A DNA stretch of 64,000 nt, from positions 3,059,455 through 3,123,454 of the forward strand of contig OZ316899.1 in assembly GCA_973895155.1 (NCBI GenBank). The letters run 5' to 3'. The DNA is from Marsupella aquatica. Lineage: Eukaryota > Plantae > Marchantiophyta. The notes beneath the pieces are model-generated. The model ran no database searches. It was not told the DNA's origin and saw nothing but the letters and a program-made list of their open reading frames with translations. Positions 23,448 to 36,000 of the stretch are shown here, in pieces (position 1 is the first letter of the stretch; the number at the start of each line of letters is the position of its first letter). The position numbers and the translations under genes are program-made.

Positions 23448-24879
23448 GCGGTGGTGCTCCGTATGGGAAAATATGTCAATCCTTGGCACATCAAAAGCCA
23501 TCTCAACTTGTTGGATAGTGATTTACCTCTGCAAAACAGATGCATCCACTCGGCATCCATTTTACATCCCCTCAACATCCATTCTACATTGATAGCATCC
23601 TGAACATAAGCATACCTTTAATCTCTGATGTGATAAGAGATGCAACAACTTACTGGTGATAGTTGATTGAGGTTTTCTCCTTCCACAATTTTTGAATGTG
23701 AACCCTGACTGTATATTGTTGAAGCTTCTGAAATGCTTCCACTACACCCGCAACAAATCCATCCTGCAAGAAGAGTTGAGTTAGCATATTAATTTATGAA
23801 GAGCTGACTATTTGAGCTGAAGGAAATAAACTGAAGCCAGGTTCATTCCTGCTGGAAAATGATTGCTTGAAGGAGTTTAAATAGAAAAAGGAAGACACAG
23901 GCACATGAAGATCTACAATAAACCATCCAATAAAACAAAATACACAAGAAGAAGAAGGAACGGTAGCAAACTTTTACAGACAGTACACAATTCCAGTCAT
24001 GCATGGAAATCTGGATATAAAGTTAAGCAGGGAATCAAACTAGCCATTCAAGTAACTGAGTCAAAATTTAACATACCTTGGCAACTACTGGTACGTTCTA
24101 GATTATAGACTTTAAACAGATCAAAACAAGCTGCACTTTCCTCTTATTGGACAGCTGCACAACACAGTGCAACCCAGTGCCATATGAATGTCAATCAAAG
24201 CCTTTGCTTTTCGAGTATAAATCATTTCAATCACCATTCATAAGGCAGATCAGTCATTACAAAGTTTCCAATGCTCAACATTGTATTTGAATGAGTTACT
24301 TAGTGAGAGTCTCAGACAAGTGACTTCGACAGCCTATATAGAGAGAGCCACGGCAGCTGTTGCTAATCGAGGGCACTACGAATGCTTCACATTATGCATC
24401 TGGAGGACCTTCTGGAAGAGATTATTAAGATCTGTGTACTGATTGTCTACACTATGACAATATTCCTATGCTTCACTCTCTAGATCTTGTAATCACCCTC
24501 AATCACAGCAGGCCAATCACAGCAGCCTGATACAAAATCGCCCCCTGATCAAGACTGTGCTTGATGGAAGCAAGGAGCGCAAACAAAGAGAGGAGCTCAA
24601 TTGAAGCTTCACGATTGGAGGAAGCAGCTTGATGGGCAGCTCAATTGAAGCCGGGAGGAGCTCGAGAAGAAGGAAAGAGCTCAAACTGGGGCTCAAACGA
24701 AAGGAGGAAACTCAATTCATACTCAGCAATTGGAGAGAGCAGAAATCACTTGACTGCAAGCAAAGTCTATAGAAGAAGAATAGCAGGGAGAAACTGAGCA
24801 AAATAGAATGGGCCGACAGCATTTTGGCTCCAAGATTTCAAATACCTCTTGAGTTGGAATTGCAAAGATGATTTGTGCT

Positions 24880-25140
24880 TCTGCCCTTTGCCCCAGCCTT
24901 CAAGCACGCCCTTTGCCCCAGCCTTCAATCTCGCCCTTCAAGCTGCTTGCGCTTTAGCCCTTCCAGCTTGCCCCAGCCTTCAATGTCGCCCTTCACCTTC
25001 AAGCAGCTCGCCCTTCGCCTTCAAGCTTGCCCTTCAAACTGCTCGCGCTTAGCCCTTCCAGCTTGCGGTTTGCCCTTGAAGCTTGCCCCAGCCTTCAAGC
25101 TCACCTTCAAGCTTGCGCTTAGCCCTTCCAGCTCGCCCCA
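24880..25140. repeat. Low-complexity degenerate repeat (cccttcaagcttgc / gccccagccttcaa)
   Basis: Many imperfect copies of 10-25 nt motifs. Confidence 0.6.
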
Positions 25141-27444
25141 ACTCGATCCCACCAGCAGCCGCAGCTCACACCCGCAGCGCCGACAGTCTCGCCCACAGTG
25201 TCACTTGCCTGATCACTTTCAATCCCGATCGACTTCAGCCGAGACTTTAGCTGCACCTCACTCACACTTGCAGTTGCCACCTTCGATCAATAGAGCCGTA
25301 GCGCCCAGCCTATGTGTAAGCATTCCTTCAAAAAAGGTTGATTGAAGCAATGTCTAGACCCTGACCCAAGCTCACATCGATCACGGCCGCAGCACCCAGC
25401 ATGCAGCCCGAACACGACCGCAACACCTAGATTGCTTGACCACAACCTTCAGACAAACAGAATACAGCCGCAACACCCCTGAGATTGCTAAAATATTGCC
25501 GCAGCACCCTTCAGCTCACATAGGGAACATCTAGCTACAGTTCAAACATTGCAAAGGCACTTGCGCATGCATTTCCTTTTGAAAAAAACAAGGCAGCACC
25601 GTCACAAGCTTCGCGTAGCTTGATTTCCTTAAAAAAAAATGAGACAACACCCTCACCATACATACGCGCATGCAGTTCCTTCAAAAAAACCACGAGGCAG
25701 CGAGCACAAAGCGCCTACTTTGCGGCTCCCTTGTGCACTCCCTTTGCAAAATGGGAGTCTTTTGTCCAACGGTCCCAGTCACATTTGCCCTAAAACTGGC
25801 CAGGCAATGTAAACCATTAGATCCCCAAAAATGGACGGATGGATGGAATCGCGATCAATCCAATATCAGGCCAACGTCTATGTGGGAGAATGGGTTTGAC
25901 ACTTTGCACCCTAAGCCTTCCCCTTTCCCCTCTCCCCCCTCTCGGATCATCCACCTCTTGCCCAGATAATTCAAATATGTCCCTCAATGCCACCATGAAA
26001 CCCTATAACACTACATAACCTCTTTACATATGGACGTGCCACGTGGACCAGTTATTAATGGACACATGTTCCCCATATATGTCCAGGCCAAAAATGCCCT
26101 ATCTTAAACTAACAACTTACATTGAAGAAGTGGGGTTTTTTGCACCCCTATTAGACTTCTAAGTTGCAATATGTATTTCGCAACCCCTAAAGTTCTTCTA
26201 CAAAAATTCTTAAGTATTCCGCAGAATTGAATTAAAAAACCCTATACCTATCGCGCGTGATGGGTCGGAAGTTAAAAAAGTGAGGCCCGGGATCCGCGCA
26301 TCTGTGCAACTAGTCACGTGGGCATTAAATTTTTCATGCACAAAAGATCTGAGAAATCCATGAATGCATCCTAGACATCCAACACATGATCGACAAACGT
26401 GAAATCCAAGATGTTCATCCGATTGCCCAACGGGAGAAAGTTCTCTTGCCAAAATTGAGCCGACAAGCATTACTGCCTTCACTTGTCATTCTACAGCCTC
26501 AGAAATTTTCTTGCACTCCCATCTCCTCCTTTCTATTGCCGCAGTGCTCTCTCAATCGCGCATTTCCAGGGTTCCTTCTGTAGATTATCATGGCTCCACC
26601 ATGAGGAAAGGGGAAGGAGCAGGCAATAGTCTTCAGTGATAGCAATGGCGAGGCAGCGGTGGTGGAGTCTCACACAAAGCGTCCTCTTGCCTCTCAACCG
26701 TTGACTGTCCCAATATCGTCAAAGGGAAAGGCCATCTCCAAGGGCCGACTAGCTATAGTCCTGGCAGAGGGATCTATTCCAACAAAAGGAGTAGTTCAAC
26801 CCATTGCAAAGAAAACTTTGGCATCGGTGACAAAGCTTTCTACTACAAAGAGATCACCCGCACCTCTCCCCAGTTCTTCATCTGAGAGCGAGGGGATGCC
26901 AAAGCGTTGTCAAGCAACAAATCATCTTCCAATCAAGGAGGGTTTTTCTGGGGACATTCAAGTGACTCAAACGATGACTCGGACGCGTATAAGCCAAGCT
27001 GGTGGGAAGACTAAATGTCATCAATGACATGCATGACGCGGAATGAAGGAGTTTGTACGACACATACATCCTCATTTGTCGGCTGTAGCTGATCATCAAA
27101 GGCTGCAGTTTTTGACAGCTCTTTTCCCAAGTCAGGTAGTTGGAATCAGTCACGGAACGTAGAGAGAGATTTCTCAAGATTGCTTCCTAGTTTTTGATCC
27201 ATCTTCAAGTGGAATGACATGTAGGCTGGTGTTCATAACAACAATGTATTCTCCTTGCATCACTCATGTGCCATTAATTGGAGTCCACCAGCAGTTTTGC
27301 ATATCCTTTGTCAAATTTGTATGATTTATTGCTTGCTAAGTTGAGACAAATTTGTTCACATTTCTGATTCAAAACTTTCCAAAATGCTTGAAAGTCAGAA
27401 CATAAAGGCCGGTATAAAACTGAAACACTCTTCTAGTTTCATAA

Positions 27445-27760
27445 TAGCGTGTGGCGCTATCATTGGAATGCTTGATATTCATCCTTACACTATCCCATTA
27501 TGTCTCAAAAAAGGATCAAGTAGTCACGACTTTTGTTGTCGTTTCTAGGATCTTGAGACTCAATCTGATGTCCATTTATGATAGCACCAAGCGCTAGTTT
27601 AACGTTTTGGAGAAAACCTACAGTTTTCATCTTACCTGTCAAAAAACCAGTGAAACTATTTTAGAACATCTTACAAGGATTGTTGTTAGCATTCTGCGCT
27701 ATTCAAATAACGATTTGAACGTGCTTATAGACAATTCTCTTTTATTAGCACTTGGCGCTA
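27445..27760. repeat. Cluster of four TAGC(G/A)-N5-CGCTA palindromes
   Basis: 27445-59, 27582-96, 27687-701 and 27746-60. Confidence 0.75.
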
Positions 27761-28249
27761 TTAATTTGGTAAAATTGGTCAACGATAACCTTGTAGATTA
27801 CAAGATACGCTACCAAAGTCCGGGATGATTGAACACCCAATCAAAATCTGCCAAGTGTTCACCTCTATTGTGGTTATTGTTCAAACCCATTCTGAGGTGG
27901 TCGGTATCACATCTCTTAAACCTGTGCTGCAACTTTGCGCTTGTGAGAGATTTGTACTTTGGCATCTTTGCCTCTTCTTCACGCTCATTTGATCGTGACA
28001 TTGTGTACCTCAGTCTGTTACACTCCGTACTGACGCAAGGCTCAAGGGTGCACAACATTGCCCAAGGCTCCACTTACCATCACCATCGTCTCTCTGTCGG
28101 GTAATACAAGGATGGGAGATAGTCATGCGGGTCATTCCCAATCCTCTTTTTCTAGCTCTGTGTACACCTGCCGCATGACTTGGTCGGCTGCATCACAGTC
28201 ATATTCAGACATTGGCCCAACTTTTCCCATCGCGCAATCAAGGAGGGGT

Positions 28250-29753
28250 AGAATGGACACAATAGAAGAGGTCTCCCAGGTAGATTTGGGCATCATTGGA
28301 CTCTCGATGGACGACCTCATCTTGAAACATGTTTTGCCCTTTGGGAAAGATTATTGAGGATTGGAGAAGGAGCCGCCACAAATTCCTCTTTGTCGATTGG
28401 TCCCAATGGAAGTCATGCAAACATTACAGAAATAGAGTGCCTCAATCAACAAGTTGAAAGAGTCATTCCGGATTTCTAGATACAATTCACAAATGGGAAT
28501 GCCATTCTATGTTCAACCCACAAATGCAGAGTCGGGGTTCCACAAATTCGTACAAATGAGATTTGAGCATCTTGGGATCCAATTTGGGTGGCTGAGAATG
28601 AGAAGTTTGAGGAAGAGTGTGACACCAACCCGGAATTCAAAGTTTTGAAGGAGAAGATGTTGTGTGTCTTTGATAGAAATCATCGATTGTACTTGTGGTT
28701 GATTGTGACATCAGAGCACCCTGACAACATTAAGTACCACCTGCGTGTGACCTCCATTATTTTCAATGGAGATAAGGGTTCCCTGGTGGAGCTCAAGGCT
28801 GCCATGCACGCCGTGAACCCGTAAGTCCCACTAATGTCTCATTTTTAACAATCTCATTTAACATGACGTACATGTTGACAACCAACTTTTGATGTGAAAT
28901 TTTGTTTGTACATTTGCTAGCGCCTGGCGCTGCTAATTCCCATGTTCATGACTGTCATGGGTTGGGGCAAGCTATCGTAGAGCCATCTTGGATTCTTGAT
29001 GCGGACAAAATTTCTCGGCTTCTTTCACAATATCTTGAGCACTACAAACCTCTCATTGACGCAACAAGTTTTGCAAAGTTTGAAGCCATTTGGAAGAAGA
29101 CTCGCAAGGGATCTTGGTATACACACAAGATGCCACAAGACGCACTTATCTACATTTTCTGTGAAAACAAGATTAAATCTTACACAAATCAGTTCAAAGT
29201 GGACATGGATTTTGCAGCTGCCCAAAGGACTCCGTGGTCAGAAGAGGAGACGACAAAGAGGCACGAGGAGGCAACCAAAGACTGGGCGATCAAAGTAACT
29301 AAGATCACTCCATCACTCCATCCAGATTTTGGTGATTACTTGGGCACATGTGCCAAAATGTTTCCCTCGACAGAGATGAACAAAAGAGAGAAGAAACCTA
29401 ATACGGTTGGTTGCACTATGGATTGCACCCGCCTCTTTACAATAGTGACTTATCTAGATTCAAAGTTGAGGTGTACCCTTCTCGTCGCCCATTGTACTCC
29501 GGAGATTTGGAAACAGTTTTTCCATCCGGCCAGTGTGAACGACAATCCCATAAAACAATGGTGCCATACATGGCATATTTGGAATTGTGTGGAGGGGATT
29601 GCTACTGGATTGATCCTTACCTCTTTGGAGCAGGTTTTAGACTGGATGCCAAATGATCGTCTCACGAAGTCTAGTTGTGAGTCCCTTGATGTTATAATGA
29701 AGTCCATTATTGAAGAGTTCAAATTATTAATTCAATTAAGGCCTTCAAAGTAA
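28250..29753 (+). pseudogene. TE-associated protein with a ParB/Srx-like N-terminal segment, disabled
   Basis: IPLCRLVPMEV...KLKESF...FYVQ then VFDRNHRLYLW (cf. DGNHR). GT-AG intron 28821-28920, then ORF to 29753. Contains stops and frameshifts. Confidence 0.5.
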
Positions 29754-30072
29754 GCTGACAAGGAGGACTACACTAAACGAAACAAAACTGCTTTTGTGAT
29801 CAGCGAATTCAACAAGAAGCCCTATTGTTTCCAGCATACCGGATCCTGCAATGCTCTTAAAAATTTATTGCATTAAAAAATGTCGTGTTAATAGCCAAAA
29901 ATGCAATTGTGGGGTAGCCAGAAGGCTCCTGTCACAGGTTACAGCCTTAAATCTTTCCAAACTCACTTGCAACTATCCAGCTCAGCTATTTTATAATCAC
30001 CTATTTGAATCAAGCCCTTTTGATCTGAACGTTGTGCATTTTTTGCAAATGGTTAGTCCTTGGCAATGTATT

Positions 30073-30089
30073 CTAGCTCTCATCTGAAT
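30073..30089 (-). CDS. LAG1: Ceramide synthase exon 6 (DSDES*)
   Basis: ttgcag acceptor; completes the conserved DVRSD-S-D/E acidic tail; TAG stop. Confidence 0.8.
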
Positions 30090-33000
30090 CTGCAACATAA
30101 AGATCACAGTTGTAAGCCTCTAAGTCGTAACCATCTTCTTTCTGCAACATCCTGCGCTAACACATCCAGCAGTCCAATGGCTTCCGAGAAAACAACGATT
30201 TTATACAATTCAAGGAAGCACCCCGTCATGGAAAAGCAAAGTTGAATCTAACAATGCAAGGTCATAAAAGAAATATGCACACCTGACCGGACATCATTCG
30301 GAATTTTCCCTCGCATTTGTAGCTGCTTTGATATCATCCGACAAATAAGCATCCACCAGTAAATGTGGATCACCAAGAGTGTTATGAGCATTGTATTAAA
30401 TGTGTAGTAATGAACCGCATGAACATAATTTGCTTTGTTCACATAGCTGACCACATCGTAACTGTGAGGAAAAAAGCCAGATGCCTCAGTCAATCTGGTA
30501 AAAAAATTGAGTGACGACGTAGCTTCTACATCCAAGACTTGCAGCCAAGGCAGAGAAGAATTCTTTTACAAGCTTTGCTTCAATGTGCAGGACAGCAGGA
30601 GCAAGCCAGTTCCAATTTCCCAGAACAGAGACTCGACGAATTGTATTCTCCAAGCAAAAAAATAGCCACTACCTTTCAGACAGCACCAAGTAGATTATTT
30701 CACTATTCGGTTCAGGATAATACTATACCAGAAGTTGCAAAACCCCAGAGTTCAAAATTGTCAAGTTTCGCTGTTCTTTGAAAACGCAAAGACCCCCAAA
30801 ACAGAAAATCATGCAAGAGTGGCGTGGAAATATGCGAGTGGTCTCCTGTTTGTGCAAAGGTTGGTTTAATCGAAAGGACATTGAAAATATCTAAAAATAT
30901 TTACAAGACAATTCTAAGATAATATCCAGTTTTTACAGCTCAAAGTGTTATCGTACACAGTAGAATTTTGACGAAATTATGGTTAAGGTCTTGTTAAGAC
31001 TAGGCAAACGAATATTTGAATAGCCTATTAATCCCAAATTTTGCTTTTTCTCTCTTCTCCATTCCCTTCAAACCTCCCGAAAACTATATCAATCCTCAGA
31101 AATCTCAACGCATTTGTAAGACATGAGAATATCAAGAAAAGTAGGAAGATAACCTGGTGCTTTTGATGATCCAGAAAGGGAAGTAACCAAGACGTAGAAG
31201 AGCCCACGAAAGTGTGAATAGTCCAAAAAGGAGACTTGCACCAAATTCCTTTTGACTGTATTTGCATAATTTGGCTGATTCCAAAAGAACATCGCTGACA
31301 TCATGCAGTGCCAGGACCATGGATCCAACTCGGAAAGATCTGAAATAGCTCATTGTCCAACACAGTCAGATAAGAAATGCAGAGGTTTATGAGTACGAAA
31401 ATTACACCAATTTCTTCAATTCATTTATTAAGCATGTTATTTAATCGACTCAGGCAAAATTTAGTCTCATATATTAATGACCGAAAAGTGATGTCCTGGG
31501 TACCTGGGGAACTGAAGACCTTGAGCTGAAGTCTATACTGGCCTACTTTAGATCAACATATGATTATTGTTTCAACCAGCAAGTTCAAAATTTTAATACT
31601 AAAGACAAACTTTCGAAAAAGAATATGAGAAGGGTTTTAGATGAAAAGGCACGTGATAGATGAAAAGCTACAGTTTTCAGGTTACAAGGAAAATCAACGT
31701 ACCCAGTAATGTAGGAGTAGCTGATTAGACCAATAGTTATCACGTGATGAGACATCATCACACCGAAATCCTTTCTACGAGTCTCCCAGAACATTAGAGC
31801 TATCACACTGTAAACGTAGAAGCCACACTGAAAAGTATAGAACAACTTAAGTTGAAACCTACGCATTTCAATCAATCACCACAGTTCCTGTCAGAAAATT
31901 CTTTGCAACAAAGTCATATTTATCTAGAAACAAACTATCTTGACAACATTGGAAGATTCTCATGACGCCGCAGACCTGCCTGCCACTTCATTCTCCAGCC
32001 ATACGTTTGATACGGCAGGAGAATGGATATTTAAGCTTTCCGGTTCTGAAGTTCAATTTCTCACATGCACGTGCTTACCATGGTAAGAGAAAGCCTCGCC
32101 CTTCCTCTCCCTCATCTTTTCAATCAAGAACTAATAGGGGGCTTCCTCAAGATTGGCCATATAGTACTCTGCACCCTATGTTCCAGGAATGAATTGCATC
32201 ATACCCCGCTAATCACAGAGTAATCAAGGCGAGGCCTCTCGTTGTTAAGCTGAACAGAAGAGGGCTGAAGTGGAGTTACAAAAATGGGCAGAGAAATCGA
32301 ACAGGGCCAAAGCAGCTTTTGCGAGCTTGTCGCCTTTCCCTGTTTAGTGGAATTTAGCACGGAATTGACTGTATATTGTGACAACAGCCCTGTAGCAAGT
32401 AGAGCAATCAGGGGATCCATGACTCTTTTCAACAACAATCAGAGTTCTTCACGATGTCTTGGTGCGGGTGTGCAAACGATTCCCGCTCAATGCTAATCAG
32501 TCCGCCAAAAAATATCTGTGCAACCCACGAGCCAACGATGACATTAAACTGCCTGTCTGGTCCAGAACTTAACAGGACCAGTCACGCCCAACACGACGCC
32601 TCTAACTTATGGAACACTCCTAATGAAAGGAGCAGCATGATTCCCTTGTTTTCTGCTGGTCTTTGACCTGACATCCTTGGACAGATATCCCCTCTTTATG
32701 TCTTCTGTTGCTTGTGCTGGGTGCTATTGTACTTGCTTGGTGATATACCGGGTGCCACTTGTAATCTAATGCCAAGAAGAAGGGTCCTGTGCAAATTCAT
32801 TTGGAGAGCTCATGACCTCTCCTTGTGCAGCGCGATGCCCTGGCCTTCATCTGCACTCTGCCAAGGCTCGTCCACTTGGTTACAGATATGATCTCGGAAG
32901 GGAAAAATGCGTAGTTTAATCTAGTTCTAGAATGGTTTTGGCAAAAGACTCAGCGTCAGCAGAGGCAGCGACTGAGGTGAATTAGAACATTTACATGCCT

Positions 33001-36000
33001 GAGTTTCTAAAAGAGTGTATCTCGTGACAATTTGTAGTCAAGGTGGTTCAGGACTAGAAGTCTTCTTCCGCCTTTGATTAGTGACAATATACCGACGAAA
33101 AAGAGCAACTCGGGCACGTCCAGATTCGGAAGTGAGTGGCTGTGGAGTGGAGCCTGCCTACCGAATGCACTTCTGTCATTCCGGTGCAGATGTACGCTAA
33201 GTAGAGCACACAGGTACGACTCATCGTCTTATCCCGTGAACAGGTTGCGTTTGATGTTTGAACGTAGATCAAGTTCTTGTAACTGAACCAAACCAGGGGA
33301 TTTAAAATCAAGCTACTGGTTGTTGGTTGACATCTATTTGCTTATCCTCCACTCTTGACCAATATACTCATGCTGAACATCGATGTGCTTCGTCCTTTCA
33401 GGTTGTTTGTCAGGTGCGACTAGATTAGTCCCACTATTACTGTCGCAAAACAGAATGAAAATGTTGAGTTAATAGTCTATGTTTCCTAAATTCAGTTCGT
33501 CAACATGCATTCTGTTGCTGCATGCGATAGGGCCATGCATCCAGCCACACCACGGGCAGGTTTGACTTCGAATCCATCTGTGATAGTCCGAAATTCCTGA
33601 ACCTTCATTCTTAACGTCGCTCCACGCTTCTGTAGATGGAAGTATGAGCCATGAAACATAAGTCTTTGATTTGAATGAAAATTGAGAGAAGAATCAGACT
33701 GTTTTGAAAATCAGAAATTGACCATTATACTTAAGACACACATTGATCTGCAATTCTCAAATCAAAAAAGTATGTGCCACAATAGAGAGAGAAGAGATTA
33801 AAAATTGGTTCTTCAGCGGAAAACGGGGAAATCAATTGAATCTCCAGTTCAACGGAGCTACGTGTCCTCTAGCCTCTAAAATTTGAACACCAAACTAATA
33901 ACCCACAGCAAAGTCGCTGTCCACGATGACGTGAAGACCGTAGTTCAAAAGTTCATTTGGACAGCTTCCAGCCTGGCTCTTTGCTTGATATTTTGTCCAT
34001 AAGACTGCTGTACTGCATTCCTTAGTTGGCCCCCATGCAGAACTTGACATCCTTGATAAAGCACTTATTCTCTTTAAGGATTGGATTGGGTGAGTCTGCA
34101 TACGAGATTTTCGTCAGGTTCCTGAATGGCCCTAATGACATCAACGCTGAGGTAATATCATGCCATCTGCAGTTGTTACCAAATCCAATTGATATTTTCG
34201 TTAGGCTGTACAGTTTTTTAATCCCTCTCATTGGCCTTCAAAGAGAAGTGTTTCCGTTCATTTAACTCTTCCTTGACAGCATTCACTGGCAGCCAAGCCT
34301 CCCTCCATTTCTGGCTGTACTTTCCACAACACTTCAGAGTCAACGCTCCAGATCAATATTTGGCAAAACTCCGGCTGTATGTAACTCCTTACATTTATTG
34401 ATTGAAATCTTCAATTCAGGAAACCACCACCATACTGCTTGCTTACGATCTCCCAAAGAGGAAAGCATTATATGAAGTGATGCCCTGGAACAATCATACT
34501 CGCGAAGTGAGAGATTGGAGGTAATTGAGACAGCAAGTTGGTCGGGGAGCAAGACTCACACTGCTCTAAGCGGTGCCAATATTCTTCATTCCTCCAATCT
34601 TCAATTGTAATCATCAAAGGCATTTTTAGGGTGGGTTATCTTCTTATATTGATGGTTCAATGAAGTTTTTGGTTAGAACCTGGAAAGTCAGTATTGACAA
34701 TATTCTCGCTAATACAATGGTTAATTTTCAACCTGTACGGCTACAAATATCATTCCCCCATTAGGTCCATATGGTGTGAAAAATCTAAGGCTGCAAGGCT
34801 GCGGAATTTCCCTTCCTGCTGATATCATGAATAACAATGATATCGGCGCGAAAAGAAATTGAACTCTGGGTATTGCTCAGCCGGAAGACACGATCATGCC
34901 CTGTGGGAAGGGTTGTCTTTAAATCTAGAAACACTACTCAGATTACCGTAGTACGATCCTGATTCTAGTAGATCTTGATTGCTCCCTATATAAAAGCTAC
35001 GTTCACAAAACCTTCCAAGACTAACTACTTCTGGTGCGGGAATAGTGGTCTGAGGCCCAATCTCACTTAGGCAGAAAGGATGCAGAAGGTTTACATGAGA
35101 CGTTTGCAAAGAAGGCGTACTATCCCGTCGTACCAAGCTAAGTGAATTGCAGAGAAGATCCCATTGTAAGCTAATACTATCTATCACGTCGATCCAGAAC
35201 CTCTAACCATCCAGGGTCCGTCACAGCTCCACATTAAAGGAAAGTACTACCACTTCAAACAATGCACCAGAACCAATACTCTCACCTAGCAAAAGTACAC
35301 GACGATCATGATTGTTTCACCTGTGGCCGACCCTATGGAACTAGAGGTCTTTATTCTGAACTCTTCACCTGCACCCCCGTGATAGCAGCTGATTTCCTGA
35401 CTGGAGAAATGATCACGCCTTCCTGACTGGCTCTGTCAAACCTCGTCTGAGTGAGCACAAACATCACACCAGAGTGGAAAACTAGAATTCCCAACTGTCT
35501 ATTATTGAATTTTCTCCGGCATGCCAAACTCTACTTTTTGTCCCATGCCCACAGGGACTACGGATTTTAAAATTCATTCAACCATTCATTATCGGTTTCC
35601 TATGCTGCTTGTCAGGCCCTAAGTTGCTTCAAAAGTAATTCACACCAGACTCTTATTAGAAAGGACAACTGAGATAGCATCCCCAGATCCAAGTACGCCT
35701 GTTTATGTCCGTACGAACAGGGTGACGAATGGCACTGCCTGTTTAGTTGTAACTCCCACCACAAAGGCAGGTCCAGAGTTTAAAACATATAATCTGTCAG
35801 CATATTCGATCAGAAATTAGTTGTTATTTGACATCAAGTTGAAATCAAAAGCCTTACTAACTAGTCAGTGACTGACTTTTGCCTTCGTGACATCTTTGTA
35901 CACTGTTAGTTCTCTAGCCTATTTCCATACCCATGGACTTGAAATTCATTCCTAAGCACTTCGTTCTCCACATCCCTGTCTGTGCTCCAGTTTACCATAT

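Noticed and set aside
28250-29753. Bacterial contamination or recent horizontal transfer of parB
   Set aside because: It has a GT-AG intron, host-like composition and continuity with plant TE and gene sequence.
33900-35300. Possible L1-like LINE relic in intron 2
   Set aside because: Only a faint W..LC-type resemblance; too decayed to support as a feature.
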